Source: a virus
Taxonomy: Duplodnaviria > Caudoviricetes
Virus record (IMG/VR): IMGVR_UViG_3300011335_000433
Location: 1 to 53,208 of that record
Reading direction: 5' to 3' (one strand)
DNA length: 53,208 nucleotides
In this document: in pieces, positions 26,496 to 36,186 of the stretch
How positions within the stretch are numbered: position 1 is the first letter of the stretch
Layout of the letters: the number at the start of each line of letters is the position of its first letter
Position numbers and translations under genes: made by a program
Notes under the pieces: model-generated
Told to the model about the DNA's origin: nothing
Database searches by the model: none
What the model saw: only the letters and a program-made list of their open reading frames with translations

Positions 26496-28826
26496 TCAGA
26501 ATGCGCCGCCCGACACACCACCAGTAATCTGGCCTGTTGACGGGTTGCAGGTTATCGACGAGTTTACCAATTGCCCAAGATTTCCGGTAGTGGCTGACAC
26601 GAATGTCAGATAGTTGGTGGCATTGGTTGAATTGGCGGTGATCGCCGTGTTTGTTGCATTGGTTGCGTTTGTGGCCGTCCCAGTCAAAGATGCAGTGATC
26701 GTCCCGGCAGTGAAGTCGCCCAATGCGTCCCTGGCAACAATTGCACTGGCCGTGTTGGCGCTGGTCGCTGTGGTGGCGCTGTTGGAAACCTTCCCCGCAG
26801 TGGCTATGGTCGCCAAGTAAGTGTCGGTGATCGCCGTGGCATTCCAAGTTCCCGCCGTCAACGTCCCAACCCCAGTGATCCCGGTGTATGAGCCTGTGAT
26901 GTAGGCAGAGCCCACAGTCCCAGAGGTGATCTGGTTGCCATTGATTGCAATCGCTGTGGTCGCCGCCAAAGTCAATTGGCCCTGGGCGTTGACAGTGAAT
27001 GTTCCCACCGATGACGCCGAGCCATAAGCACCAGCAGTCACCGCTGTGTTGGTGATGCTGAACTGCGTTCCCGTCAGGGTCAGGCCAGTGCCAGCGGTGT
27101 ATGCGCCAGATCCTGAGAACTGAACCCATGTCACCGGGCTTGTGCCGACAACAGTCACCGGGTCGGTCTGAACCCAGCCAGTGCTTGCGTACAAAGTGCC
27201 GTTGGAGACAAAGGTGAAGTCCCCGCTTGCCATCTCGACAGCGGTGTCAAAGTCGGTTGCTCGGGTGAGAACCGTGCCGCCAGTCGCCCAGGTGTAGATG
27301 CCGTTGTTGGCCTGTGTGGCTTCGTTCTTCACGAGCACACGGTCACCATTGAGTAGCGTATACCCATCCAAAACGGTCAGGGCCACCGACAAGGTCAAGG
27401 TCGCCCCAACGCCAGCCGTGCCGTTGTTGTAGGTCACCGTGCCGCCAGTGATTGATGCAAGCGTTCCGGGGGTTGCCGCCGCACAAGCCGCATGGACATG
27501 AAGGCCCTCGGCCACCGCATCCACATACTGCTTGGTCGCCAAATCCAGGGCGGCGGTCGGGTCTTGGGTGACTGTGACGGTGGTCAGCCCACCCAGGGTC
27601 AAGCTTGAGCTTCCCAAGCTGATGGCGGTGGTTCCAACGGTCAGCGACGAGTTGGTCAAAGAGGCGTTGCCAATGTTGGTCAGGGTGTTGGTTGACCCGC
27701 TGATCGACTTGTTGGTCAGGGTCTGTGACCCGGTCAACGTGGCAACAGTCGAGTCAATTGCAATGGTGACGGGGGCAGAGCCGTTATAGCTCGTGCCCGT
27801 CAGGCCGGTGCCTATGGTCAAGGCATTTGTGGCCGTGGCTGTGACAGTTACAGAGCCACCCAAGCTCACCGATGAGCCGTTTATCGTGATGGCACTGTTG
27901 GCCAACTGAGCGTTTGTAACCGTCCCAGACAAGGCGGTTGTGGGGATTGTGGTCGAGGCCGTCATAGCCCCCGCGCCGTTGCCATACACATATCCGGTTA
28001 AACCGGATGTTCCCGTGCCGCCACTTGATGTGTTTAAAGTGCCAGCCAGCGTCACCACGCCCGTGGTATTGGTGCTGGGAGTGAACCCGGTGCTTCCCGC
28101 GCTAAATGAGGTCACGCCACCGGTCAGGCTGAATTGATTCCACCCGGTGCTTGTGTACCCCTCAAACTGCTGAAGTGTGGTGTTGTAGCGCACGGTGCCA
28201 AGGTAGGTGACGCGCTGACCGGTGGTGCCGTTGGGCAGGGTAATGCCACCGTTGCCGGGGATGATGGGGTTGCTGGCCAAGCCAACCGTCACGTTTCCTG
28301 ATCCATCGCCATTGGTCACGCTGGTTTGGTCGGTCGTGCCCAGAATGTTGATCTTTGCCGGTAATCCCGACTGGAGAGCCAAGATCCCGGTGCCGGTCTG
28401 CGACACCAAGTTGCTCAGGAACGTGCCAAGGCTGATTGTGGGGTCGCCAGCAACTCCATCGCCATTGGCAATGGTGAGGCCTGCATTAACCGCCAAAGTG
28501 CGCCCTGTGAGCGTATTTGAGCCCGTCTTGACCTGTATGCCGGTGGGACTGCTGTTTAAAGACAGCGCCGCGCCGGTCAAATTGATTTGAAGGGTTGATC
28601 CTGCGCCGTTATCAGTGAGTGACAAACCGCTACCTGCGGCAATTTGCCTTGCATTGGTCAGCCCAACGGTCGATCCAACCGTTAAAAACGGGTAGTTCAA
28701 CGCACCAGCACCAGCCATGGCCGCAGTGGTGGTTTGAACGGTCACCCCGTTTTGAACAATAGGTACCGCCTCAGTCCCGGTCAATGCTTGGGCCTGGGGT
28801 AGCTGGGTGATGGTTATCTGTGCCAT
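26496..28826 (-). CDS. long tail fibre protein
   Basis: 776 aa, Thr/Gly-rich; ATKQYVD, DRVLVKNE...NGIY...LTRATD and QTLTNK modules. Confidence 0.8.
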   Translation of the reverse strand: MAQITITQLPQAQALTGTEAVPIVQNGVTVQTTTAAMAGAGALNYPFLTVGSTVGLTNARQIAAGSGLSLTDNGAGSTLQINLTGAALSLNSSPTGIQVKTGSNTLTGRTLAVNAGLTIANGDGVAGDPTISLGTFLSNLVSQTGTGILALQSGLPAKINILGTTDQTSVTNGDGSGNVTVGLASNPIIPGNGGITLPNGTTGQRVTYLGTVRYNTTLQQFEGYTSTGWNQFSLTGGVTSFSAGSTGFTPSTNTTGVVTLAGTLNTSSGGTGTSGLTGYVYGNGAGAMTASTTIPTTALSGTVTNAQLANSAITINGSSVSLGGSVTVTATATNALTIGTGLTGTSYNGSAPVTIAIDSTVATLTGSQTLTNKSISGSTNTLTNIGNASLTNSSLTVGTTAISLGSSSLTLGGLTTVTVTQDPTAALDLATKQYVDAVAEGLHVHAACAAATPGTLASITGGTVTYNNGTAGVGATLTLSVALTVLDGYTLLNGDRVLVKNEATQANNGIYTWATGGTVLTRATDFDTAVEMASGDFTFVSNGTLYASTGWVQTDPVTVVGTSPVTWVQFSGSGAYTAGTGLTLTGTQFSITNTAVTAGAYGSASSVGTFTVNAQGQLTLAATTAIAINGNQITSGTVGSAYITGSYTGITGVGTLTAGTWNATAITDTYLATIATAGKVSNSATTATSANTASAIVARDALGDFTAGTITASLTGTATNATNATNTAITANSTNATNYLTFVSATTGNLGQLVNSSITCNPSTGQITGGVSGGAF

Positions 28827-28827
28827 G

Positions 28828-29169
28828 TCAGGGTTGCAATCCGATTACATCGTTGTTGCCATCATTCTCGGGCGTTTGCGTGTTCTGCTGTGTGCTCACA
28901 ATGTATTCTTGATACCCGCCGGTAGAGATGTCGTTGGGGTCAACCGCAACACTAACATCAGGCCGAGGAAATTGCAAAGTGATGCGCTCAGTCTTCCTCG
29001 CCGGTAACCGGTATGGATCTTTTTGATCCGCACAACCCTGCTGGCACACCTTCAGCCCAGGAAAATTGGGGTCTGGCATGGCCTCAATGATGGGCCGCTT
29101 AAAGCGACATCTGTCGCAAATGAAAACTGCAATTACTGCGTTGCCCGTTGTATCAAGAAATCTAGGCAT
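28828..29169 (-). CDS. conserved virion-module protein with CxxC motifs
   Basis: CDRC...VCQQGC...PRPD. Confidence 0.75.
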   Translation of the reverse strand: MPRFLDTTGNAVIAVFICDRCRFKRPIIEAMPDPNFPGLKVCQQGCADQKDPYRLPARKTERITLQFPRPDVSVAVDPNDISTGGYQEYIVSTQQNTQTPENDGNNDVIGLQP

Positions 29170-29791
29170 TGTTCACCACCTTAGATACAAATCCTATTGA
29201 GCAACCAACCTCTTGCATGATGTCGTTGTATTTTTTGCCATCGGCTCTCATAGCAAGTATTTTTTCGGCTTTTTTTGATGATTTCAATTTAATTGATTCA
29301 ACGCTTGCTTGCTGTGCCTTGGCGCGGTTTTTTGATATTTTTTTTGAATATTCGTAATCTGTTGCAAACCGCTCTTTAAACCTTTTGCCAGCTTCGGACT
29401 GGTATCCTTCTGTTCTATTTTTTGTGGCATCAGAACGAACTTTGTGCATGTAAGCATCAAAAGATGGATCAGCAATACGCTTTTGCTTAATAAATTTTTC
29501 TCTTTCAACAAAAGCATAACGACGTGCAATTTCAAATAATCTGCTATTGCAATATCTGTTCTTCCCACCGCTCATGACGATGACCGCTTGCCACATAATT
29601 CCGCCATGAATTTTGGCCAACAATACATGCGCCAAAAAATGTTCTCTGGCCGTCAATGCAACAAGGTTTGAGCTATCGTCTGATCCACCCAAAGCTTTGG
29701 GCAAGATGTGGTGGCGTTCAACGTATCCTTCCGGGCACACCCTGGCCTTTGCTTTCGCAACCAAGCGTTGATATGCCAAAAAGTAGTTCAT
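29162..29791 (-). CDS. HNH (homing) endonuclease
   Basis: ERHHILPK..GG.D...NLVALTAREHFLAH; C-terminal HTH-like segment; AT-rich. Confidence 0.88.
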   Translation of the reverse strand: MNYFLAYQRLVAKAKARVCPEGYVERHHILPKALGGSDDSSNLVALTAREHFLAHVLLAKIHGGIMWQAVIVMSGGKNRYCNSRLFEIARRYAFVEREKFIKQKRIADPSFDAYMHKVRSDATKNRTEGYQSEAGKRFKERFATDYEYSKKISKNRAKAQQASVESIKLKSSKKAEKILAMRADGKKYNDIMQEVGCSIGFVSKVVNNA

Positions 29792-30858
29792 CGTGTATAC
29801 ACCGAAATGTTTGGGGCGTAGTAGATCGGCGATCTGTCGCGGTTTTCGGCCTCAGCCATTTGGAAATACTTTTCGGCTTGGCCTTCCAGATACTGAATTC
29901 TGGCCAATTCAACCTTGGGCAGGAGCAATCCCATCTGATGGGCCAGCATCATCTGGATGGCCTGATAGAAGTATTGGGGCAGTTCCAGTTCGCCATTGAG
30001 GTCGCCAATGTCCATCACTTGCCGGGAATACCAAATGGTCATCTGGTAAAACGGATCTGATGGTGTTGGCCACAAAGTGATTTTGGCCTGAGGCAAAGTT
30101 CGGTTGAACCAGTACTGATATGGCTGGTTGGCCGTAAAATTTTTGTTGGGCAAATTGGTGTAGTCGTCGCGGTTTAACCGCGCCATGGTGACTTCGGTGG
30201 AGTTGTTGCCCACATAAAACTCAGCCACGTTCAGGGTGCCGCCGCCAGTTTCGCGCATGCGGTAGTACTGGACGGTCACACCTGGATCGATGTCGTACCA
30301 CAACCAAGTGCCAGACACCCAAGTGGTCACACCGGTATCTTCCAGCAAATTCCAGGTGATCCCATCCCGCGACCATTCCAAAAGAATGTGGAACGATCCA
30401 GAGGTGGCAGGCAGGATACCAATGGAGCCTGCATAGATCGAGTTGTTGGCACCGTAGTTGATGCCAATGTTTCCGTTGGGTGCGGTTTGAGCATCCGAGG
30501 TCAGCACATCACTGTCAAAGGCCAGACCGGCATTGCCAGATGACGCAAAGTATGAGCCACCAGTGGCAGGAGTTGGCCGCTCCATGCGGCGATACAGGGC
30601 GTTGAGCACGTCATTGCCACCCACGGGTAGCAAATACTCGTACTGATCCATGTTCAAGCCATAGACCTTCTTTTCAATTGCCCAGTAATTGATGCCCTGA
30701 TTGATCAGGTTGCTGAGGATGAAGAAGAGGGCTTGCTTTGAAGCTTGAACCTGTTCAACGGTCAGTTCTTCGGCCAGTTTTCCCGCTTGACGAGCACCCT
30801 GGTCGATGAATTGCTGTACCGAAACGACAGTTTGGCCAACGGTTCCGCTGTATGCCAT
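29788..30858 (-). CDS. head closure / head-tail connector protein
   Basis: N-terminal helical part and LWPTP motif typical of adaptors, with a central beta insert. Confidence 0.65.
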   Translation of the reverse strand: MAYSGTVGQTVVSVQQFIDQGARQAGKLAEELTVEQVQASKQALFFILSNLINQGINYWAIEKKVYGLNMDQYEYLLPVGGNDVLNALYRRMERPTPATGGSYFASSGNAGLAFDSDVLTSDAQTAPNGNIGINYGANNSIYAGSIGILPATSGSFHILLEWSRDGITWNLLEDTGVTTWVSGTWLWYDIDPGVTVQYYRMRETGGGTLNVAEFYVGNNSTEVTMARLNRDDYTNLPNKNFTANQPYQYWFNRTLPQAKITLWPTPSDPFYQMTIWYSRQVMDIGDLNGELELPQYFYQAIQMMLAHQMGLLLPKVELARIQYLEGQAEKYFQMAEAENRDRSPIYYAPNISVYTR

Positions 30859-30866
30859 GGGTTACC

Positions 30867-31106
30867 TCACCAGTTTTGGTGTTTCTTTTTTGCAGATCCG
30901 CCACGCTTCATGCCGTCCGACTCTCCGCGCTCATTGGCACTGTGAAATTCTTTGAGCTTGCCCATCATGTCTTTGCCATGTTTTTTTTCTACGGCCTGAT
31001 ACGCCTTGCTTATAGCATCTTTTGATTGACCAATTGTTTTGCCATGCTTTGCATAGGTCTTGGTGTACAGGCTACGAACCGAAATTGGCAGTGATTCTTT
31101 GGTCAT
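30867..31106 (-). CDS. small basic protein with MKRGG tag
   Basis: AAGGAG RBS; ends MKRGGSAKKKHQNW. Confidence 0.7.
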   Translation of the reverse strand: MTKESLPISVRSLYTKTYAKHGKTIGQSKDAISKAYQAVEKKHGKDMMGKLKEFHSANERGESDGMKRGGSAKKKHQNW

Positions 31107-31116
31107 GTTTTCTCCT

Positions 31117-31368
31117 TTACCAGCCGGGACAATTCCAGCGCTTCAACGATGCTTTGGCCCTTGGCGCATCACCCTTGGAGTGCTCCACCACACCGCTCAT
31201 TCGGGCGCAGAAAGAGTCCTTGCGTGACCCGCCTTGGGGTTGCGGAGCCTTCAAATTTGATCCAGTCTCACGGTTGTATTTTGCCCGACCTTTGGCGGTT
31301 AATCCAGCGCCTTTGGACACTGGAAGCTTCTCACCACGGCCAACTGCCAAGGATGGATTTTTTGCCAT
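31117..31368 (-). CDS. small basic protein (DUF6321-like)
   Basis: GLTAKGRAKYN...NLKAP...SFCARM...RWNC pattern. Confidence 0.75.
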   Translation of the reverse strand: MAKNPSLAVGRGEKLPVSKGAGLTAKGRAKYNRETGSNLKAPQPQGGSRKDSFCARMSGVVEHSKGDAPRAKASLKRWNCPGW

Positions 31369-31371
31369 GGC

Positions 31372-31548
31372 TTACCAGCAAGAATTTTTAGCCGATCCAC
31401 CAGTTTTCATTTTGGCGGTTTTTGCTGACTGCTTGAAGGCGTCAGCCGTTGGCGCACCCTTTGTCCCAGGCTTGCGCATTTTTTCGCCAGATCCTTTAAG
31501 AATTCTTTGCTTTTTTGCAAAAATGTTTGCATACAAACCCTTTTTCAT
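31372..31548 (-). CDS. 58-aa basic protein with MKTGG tag
   Basis: Hand translation MKKGLYANIFAKKQRI...MRKPGTKGAPT...MKTGGSAKNSCW; fills the gap. Confidence 0.8.
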   Translation of the reverse strand: MKKGLYANIFAKKQRILKGSGEKMRKPGTKGAPTADAFKQSAKTAKMKTGGSAKNSCW

Positions 31549-31551
31549 AAA

Positions 31552-32052
31552 TTACCAGCAAGATTTAACCTTGCCGCCTTTTTGGTAAGAAGATGGATTG
31601 GATTTTTTCACAGCTTGGATTCTGCTCGACAGTTTGCCCATTTTGCTTTCCATGCCACGAGCCTCACGCTCTGCCGGGGAAAGATTCTGCTCACGGTCAG
31701 CCATCTGGTACCTGCTACCGCCCAAGCTTTCGTACTTGGCCTTCATGGCTTGGTGTTGCTTCTCCAGCCCAGACAACCCGGCAGTGTCTTCCTCCAAGCG
31801 CTTTTGACTTGCGGCTTTGTCCTTGGCCATCAATACCGCACGGCCAGGGCCTGGACGGCTAATCTTGGCGGCAAATGCCTGCAAATTCTTGATCAAATCG
31901 GGTTGTTTCACGCCACCACCATCAGCTTTCCCAGCCTTGCGTTTGACCGCATAGGCAATGGCCACGGCCTGCTTTTGCGGTTTTCCAGAAGCAATTTCAG
32001 CCTTGATGTTGGACTTGAATGCTTTGGGTGATTTGGACTTGATGAGTGGCAT
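31552..32052 (-). CDS. basic protein (KQAVAIA N-terminal module) with two GG tags
   Basis: MPLIK...GKPQKQAVAIAY; KADGGGV; ends YQKGGKVKSCW. Confidence 0.75.
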   Translation of the reverse strand: MPLIKSKSPKAFKSNIKAEIASGKPQKQAVAIAYAVKRKAGKADGGGVKQPDLIKNLQAFAAKISRPGPGRAVLMAKDKAASQKRLEEDTAGLSGLEKQHQAMKAKYESLGGSRYQMADREQNLSPAEREARGMESKMGKLSSRIQAVKKSNPSSYQKGGKVKSCW

Positions 32053-32055
32053 AAA

Positions 32056-32340
32056 TCACCCGCAGAAAATTGTGAGCGCCGCGCTTGTGGGCAACGTCAC
32101 ATGAATATCGGTTAAAAAGCGGATGCCGTTACCCGGCAACAAAGTTGAAAACGGGTTTGTTGGCGTAGCAGAAATGTTCACACGCAAAAGCACAGTGCCA
32201 GATGCACCGCCATCACGAAAGACAATTTCACCAGCAGTACCGCCCGTCAATAATTGATAGCCAGCAAGATTTGTTGCGCCAGAATAAATTGTGCCCGTCG
32301 AATCACGGTGCGCAGAAAACACATTGGTCAATGTTGACAT
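32056..32340 (-). CDS. small virion-module protein
   Basis: 94-aa beta protein, LPGNGIRF motif, GGAG RBS. Confidence 0.75.
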   Translation of the reverse strand: MSTLTNVFSAHRDSTGTIYSGATNLAGYQLLTGGTAGEIVFRDGGASGTVLLRVNISATPTNPFSTLLPGNGIRFLTDIHVTLPTSAALTIFCG

Positions 32341-32360
32341 ATCTCTCTCCGATTAAAAGC

Positions 32361-32376
32361 GGGGGCCGAAGCCCCC
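32361..32376 (-). terminator. C(UUCG)G hairpin, terminator-like
   Basis: GGGGGC-TTCG-GCCCCC followed by GCTTTT. Confidence 0.6.
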
Positions 32377-32383
32377 ACTCAGT

Positions 32384-33580
32384 TCAGCACATTGCTCGAC
32401 CGCCGCGCCTTTTGGGGGCAACCGTCACTGATTTCTCAGTTTTGGTCACTGACCCAGCAGGCAGTTCCGGTTTGCTGGCAAACAGGCCTTTAACGCCTTC
32501 ATACATGCGTTTTGGAGCACCCAGGATGCTTTCGCGCATCGCTTGGTTTTCCTTTTTTTGAACGTCTTTTTCAGTTTGCATGCGACGGGTTTCACTGTCA
32601 ATGACAGCGTCCCCATCAGCAAACTTTTTTACGTTGCCGCCCTTCTTAAAGGTGCCAGACTGCATGGTGTTAGCTATTGGCTTTGAAGCTGGCTTGCGTG
32701 GCATTGCGACGGGTTTGCCTGTGTCAACAGTTCCCCCCGTCGCGTAGGCTTTTTTTGCGGCAAGCCCTCCCATGCTGTAGCCACCGCCATTTCCGTTTTT
32801 TACGCCGCCAGTGGTGGTGTTGGTCACGCCGGGTTTGGCAGTGTTGGCAGGCCGATTTTCCCAATCGACGTTGCCACCTTTTGCAAAACCACCAGCGTTG
32901 CCCATCTTCACGCCGCCGCCAGACCTGTAGCCACCAGGAGCGCCTTTTTTGACTTCACCCGTGGTGCCATTAGTCATGCCTTTACCGGCGGTAACCATTT
33001 TGGTCTTGCCGGTTTTGCTCATGATAATGCCGCCACTAGCCTTCTTCATAATGCCACCAGAAGTCATGCCATGCGCCTTGCTGGCCGACATGGATTCATG
33101 ATGCTTCAGTTCTTTTTCCAGCGAAGCGCAGTCAGCACTGGTTGAGCCACCCTTCTTCATGCCGGTGAGGGCACGACGAACTTTGGCGGCACGAGCCATA
33201 CGGGCGGCGGCAGGCATTGAGGCCATGGCGGTGGGGCTCATGGCGCTCATGGGAGAGCGCATGCCACCAGCCATAGGAGCCGCAGGAGCCGCAGGCATTG
33301 CGGCCCCAGGCATCATCCCACCCATTTGCTTGTGAGCGACTTTGCCGCCCTTGGCATACTGGTTGGGGTTCATTGCCTTGCGACGATCGGCCATTGAAGG
33401 CTTTTTCGGCGCTTTGCCATGTTCAGCGGCCTCAAAGTCAGCCGGTTCGCAATGCATGGCTTTATGCCCTGCCATGCCACCGGATGCCATCTTGGAGTGA
33501 ACATTGCCACCCTTTTTGAGCTTCAGAATGACTGATGGCTCAGTGGTCATCATTTTGACCATCGGTTTAAATTGGCCCAT
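32384..33580 (-). CDS. basic low-complexity protein with about 14 xxxGG tags
   Basis: AAGGAGG RBS; repeated LKKGG, YAKGG, MKKGG, FAKGG, YATGG, FKKGG and others. Confidence 0.8.
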   Translation of the reverse strand: MGQFKPMVKMMTTEPSVILKLKKGGNVHSKMASGGMAGHKAMHCEPADFEAAEHGKAPKKPSMADRRKAMNPNQYAKGGKVAHKQMGGMMPGAAMPAAPAAPMAGGMRSPMSAMSPTAMASMPAAARMARAAKVRRALTGMKKGGSTSADCASLEKELKHHESMSASKAHGMTSGGIMKKASGGIIMSKTGKTKMVTAGKGMTNGTTGEVKKGAPGGYRSGGGVKMGNAGGFAKGGNVDWENRPANTAKPGVTNTTTGGVKNGNGGGYSMGGLAAKKAYATGGTVDTGKPVAMPRKPASKPIANTMQSGTFKKGGNVKKFADGDAVIDSETRRMQTEKDVQKKENQAMRESILGAPKRMYEGVKGLFASKPELPAGSVTKTEKSVTVAPKRRGGRAMC

Positions 33581-33591
33581 GGTGTGCCTCC

Positions 33592-34041
33592 TTAAACTTT
33601 CTGAGCGTACACAACGGTCAGGCGGATCACGCCCTGGGTTGTGACAATCGTGCCGTTGGGGTCGAGCGTAACGACGACAGAGGTATTGGTACCAATGTCG
33701 CTCATTGCAAGCAACTGTGCGGCGGTGAAGGTGAGGGCAATGCGACCGCCAGCGAACACGTTAGTCGAAGACACATATTGTGTGCCTGCGGCGGCGGTGC
33801 CGATGGTCATCGGAATTGTCGTAGCGGTTCCGCCACCAACCACTTCGTCCACAACCATATCGGCAACTAAGTCGATAATCTGTGAGTAAGCGGGGAGAGT
33901 GATGGTTGCGCTGGTAGCAGTGCCTGCGGCGGCAGTGGTAACAGTGGTGGTCTGCGACATGACGACAAAGCCGCCATCTACAGTATCCGTCAAAGTGCCA
34001 GAGCCAGCCCGAAGGGTAGAACCAAAGTAGGTTTGTGCCAT
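33592..34041 (-). CDS. capsid-associated (decoration-type) protein
   Basis: Directly downstream of the capsid gene; TLPAYSQIID motif; beta-rich. Confidence 0.65.
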   Translation of the reverse strand: MAQTYFGSTLRAGSGTLTDTVDGGFVVMSQTTTVTTAAAGTATSATITLPAYSQIIDLVADMVVDEVVGGGTATTIPMTIGTAAAGTQYVSSTNVFAGGRIALTFTAAQLLAMSDIGTNTSVVVTLDPNGTIVTTQGVIRLTVVYAQKV

Positions 34042-34064
34042 TGTCTTTTCTCCTTAATGGAGCA

Positions 34065-34078
34065 GGGGCCGAAGCCCC
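34065..34078 (-). other. C(UUCG)G hairpin after the major capsid gene
   Basis: GGGGC-TTCG-GCCCC. Confidence 0.6.
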
Positions 34079-34086
34079 CGCAAGGT

Positions 34087-35001
34087 TTAGACGCCGGGGG
34101 TACCGTACACCGCACGAGGATCGGTAAATCCAACCGTGTAGCGTTCGGTGGCCTTGTAGCGCATGGAGTCGGTTTCGAAGTCACCTTCCATGGTCTTTTC
34201 AAGGCGGCGGCGCATCAACAACTTCATGCCTTCAGGCGCATCGGTCTGCACCCAGAAAGCGGTAGATGAGGTCAAGCGCGAGATGACAGCGGCACCTTCG
34301 TCCAGCAAGCCAATAGACTTGACGGGGTTGATGTCGTTGTTGGCATTGCCAGCGCGTAGAACGCTCTTCAACAGCACTTCGGCCTGGAAGATGTTGCCAG
34401 GAGCCACAATCAATTGACGGGGCACCAAACGAATCTTCTTGCCGTTGTTGTCCACTGCTTGGCGAATCTGAATCAACATCTGCTCAAGCGATGTCTGGCT
34501 CAGGTTGGCGGCGGTGGTCAACTGGTTGCTGAAGGTGCCATTCACGATGGGGTGAGCGGTGTTGGTCAAAGACACACCGTCGCCGCCAGGGAAGGCGCTG
34601 TTGAAGGCTACGTTCAACACGTTGGCTGACAACAGTTCTTTGGTTTCCACCAAAGATTGTGCCAAGTGGCGTGCATAAACTTGACCGATGCGGATATGGT
34701 CGCCGTCTTCCACCAACACTTTGGTCAAAGCGAAGGCCAAGCCATACACTCGATACACATAGCGTTGCAGGAAGAGTACGCCACCTTGCTGATAGGTCAC
34801 CGGGGTGCCATCGGGCAATTGGGGCGCGGCTCCAAATCCATAAAGGACGGGCTCTTCATGATAGTTACGGGGAATGCCGTCTTCCTCGCGGAACACACGG
34901 CTCCACTCGTCGGCACGTTGGTCATAGACTCCGTCGAAACACTCATTGAGGATTGGCTCAACGATTGAACGGAAGTCCGTACTGCGCATTGGTGCGGCCA
35001 T
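34087..35001 (-). CDS. major capsid protein (HK97 fold, Mu gpT-like)
   Basis: 304 aa; GGDGVSL...HP, LSQTSLEQ, PRQLIVAP and YKATERY motifs; position after the scaffold. Confidence 0.88.
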   Translation of the reverse strand: MAAPMRSTDFRSIVEPILNECFDGVYDQRADEWSRVFREEDGIPRNYHEEPVLYGFGAAPQLPDGTPVTYQQGGVLFLQRYVYRVYGLAFALTKVLVEDGDHIRIGQVYARHLAQSLVETKELLSANVLNVAFNSAFPGGDGVSLTNTAHPIVNGTFSNQLTTAANLSQTSLEQMLIQIRQAVDNNGKKIRLVPRQLIVAPGNIFQAEVLLKSVLRAGNANNDINPVKSIGLLDEGAAVISRLTSSTAFWVQTDAPEGMKLLMRRRLEKTMEGDFETDSMRYKATERYTVGFTDPRAVYGTPGV

Positions 35002-35017
35002 TTTCTAGCTCCTTGTA

Positions 35018-35614
35018 TTAAGCAATTGCGGTGACAGCACCGAAGAATTGCGAGTTGGCACAAACAACGCGCACGATGGTGTACGTGTCACCCCATTCAT
35101 TGTCCACATAGGGAGCAAGATCAACAACACGCATCTGGCCCTGGACACCGCTACCAACGGCTGAAGCGGCATCTAAAGTTGCCTGCGACAAACCTGTGGT
35201 GGTGGAACCAGCAGTCACGTTGCTGAAGTTGAACTCGTTACCAATGGTGGTCTGAGCCATCGAAGCACTTGCCTGAATTTCATAAACGATGTTTTGGTCG
35301 TTGTAGAAATAAGCAATGCACGAGCCAGCGATGTACGCTGTGTTGGCAGGCCAGTTGTTGGACACGCGACGACGACCAGTAGTATCAGTAAACTCGACAC
35401 CTGCAAAAGCTCCAACCCATGCACCTGAAGTGGTGGCAGGGGTGATGGTGCCCAAGGTACCGCCGATGGCAGTCGTTTGGTAGCGGACGGGCTGGCCTTT
35501 GAGGATGGCCGTAGCGAACGCAGAGGGAATACCGTTAGCAAGCGCTTGAGCGCGATCCAGACCGGAGGGATGGAACGCAGGGCGCAAGCCAAACGGAGCA
35601 GAGGTTGAACTCAT
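35018..35614 (-). CDS. capsid cement / decoration protein
   Basis: APFGLRP N-terminus; immediately upstream of the capsid gene. Confidence 0.7.
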   Translation of the reverse strand: MSSTSAPFGLRPAFHPSGLDRAQALANGIPSAFATAILKGQPVRYQTTAIGGTLGTITPATTSGAWVGAFAGVEFTDTTGRRRVSNNWPANTAYIAGSCIAYFYNDQNIVYEIQASASMAQTTIGNEFNFSNVTAGSTTTGLSQATLDAASAVGSGVQGQMRVVDLAPYVDNEWGDTYTIVRVVCANSQFFGAVTAIA

Positions 35615-35623
35615 AGAGACTCC

Positions 35624-36172
35624 TTAACCGGAAAAAACCGGAGTGTTGGTGGGTTGCTGTTCAATAGAGCCAAAGCCTTCACCTTCCACACTGACCAATC
35701 GCCGTCCGTTGCTGTCACGCTGATTCTGAAGATTTTCCTGTTGAACAATGATCTTCTCAGCCTCTTCACGAGGTTTCTCGTGGTGCTGATAAGTCATGAT
35801 CTCTTGGTAAATGTCCATGGGCAGTTTAAACAACAACATCTCGTTGCAACTGACAAAGCCAACATGCTCACCAGACTTCACGCGATATTCGTCATAGCCG
35901 GGTATCTCATCCGCTTTCACGGGAACGTACCCAAGGCGCATTCGTTTATCGATGCTGTCGTAGCTGTTGGTTGTGGAGAGCCAGCAAAGGTGCCAACCAT
36001 CGACCGATGGAAGTTTTGGCAATGCTGATTGCGTCCATTCCTCGCTCCACATCTTTCGACGTTCCTGCGCAGAAATGAACTTATCTTCGGGTGCTTGGCG
36101 GCTTGCGTCCTCGCTGGAGCGATCATGGCGAGCACCAGCACCTAGAGATTTTTTTAAACGAGTTTCAGTCAT
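35624..36172 (-). CDS. conserved head-module protein
   Basis: GWHLCWL...RLGYVPV pattern; 182 aa. Confidence 0.75.
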   Translation of the reverse strand: MTETRLKKSLGAGARHDRSSEDASRQAPEDKFISAQERRKMWSEEWTQSALPKLPSVDGWHLCWLSTTNSYDSIDKRMRLGYVPVKADEIPGYDEYRVKSGEHVGFVSCNEMLLFKLPMDIYQEIMTYQHHEKPREEAEKIIVQQENLQNQRDSNGRRLVSVEGEGFGSIEQQPTNTPVFSG

Positions 36173-36186
36173 GTCAGTTCTCCGAT

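Noticed and set aside
26446-27129. 227-aa alternative-frame ORF and many plus-strand ORFs over structural genes
   Set aside because: Shadow frames of long GC-rich coding genes; no RBS or motifs
23264-28826. Diversity-generating retroelement acting on tail fibres
   Set aside because: No reverse transcriptase and no TR/VR repeat pair seen
22757-29791. Group I introns around the HNH genes
   Set aside because: Both HNH ORFs abut intact neighbouring genes with no room for intron core structure
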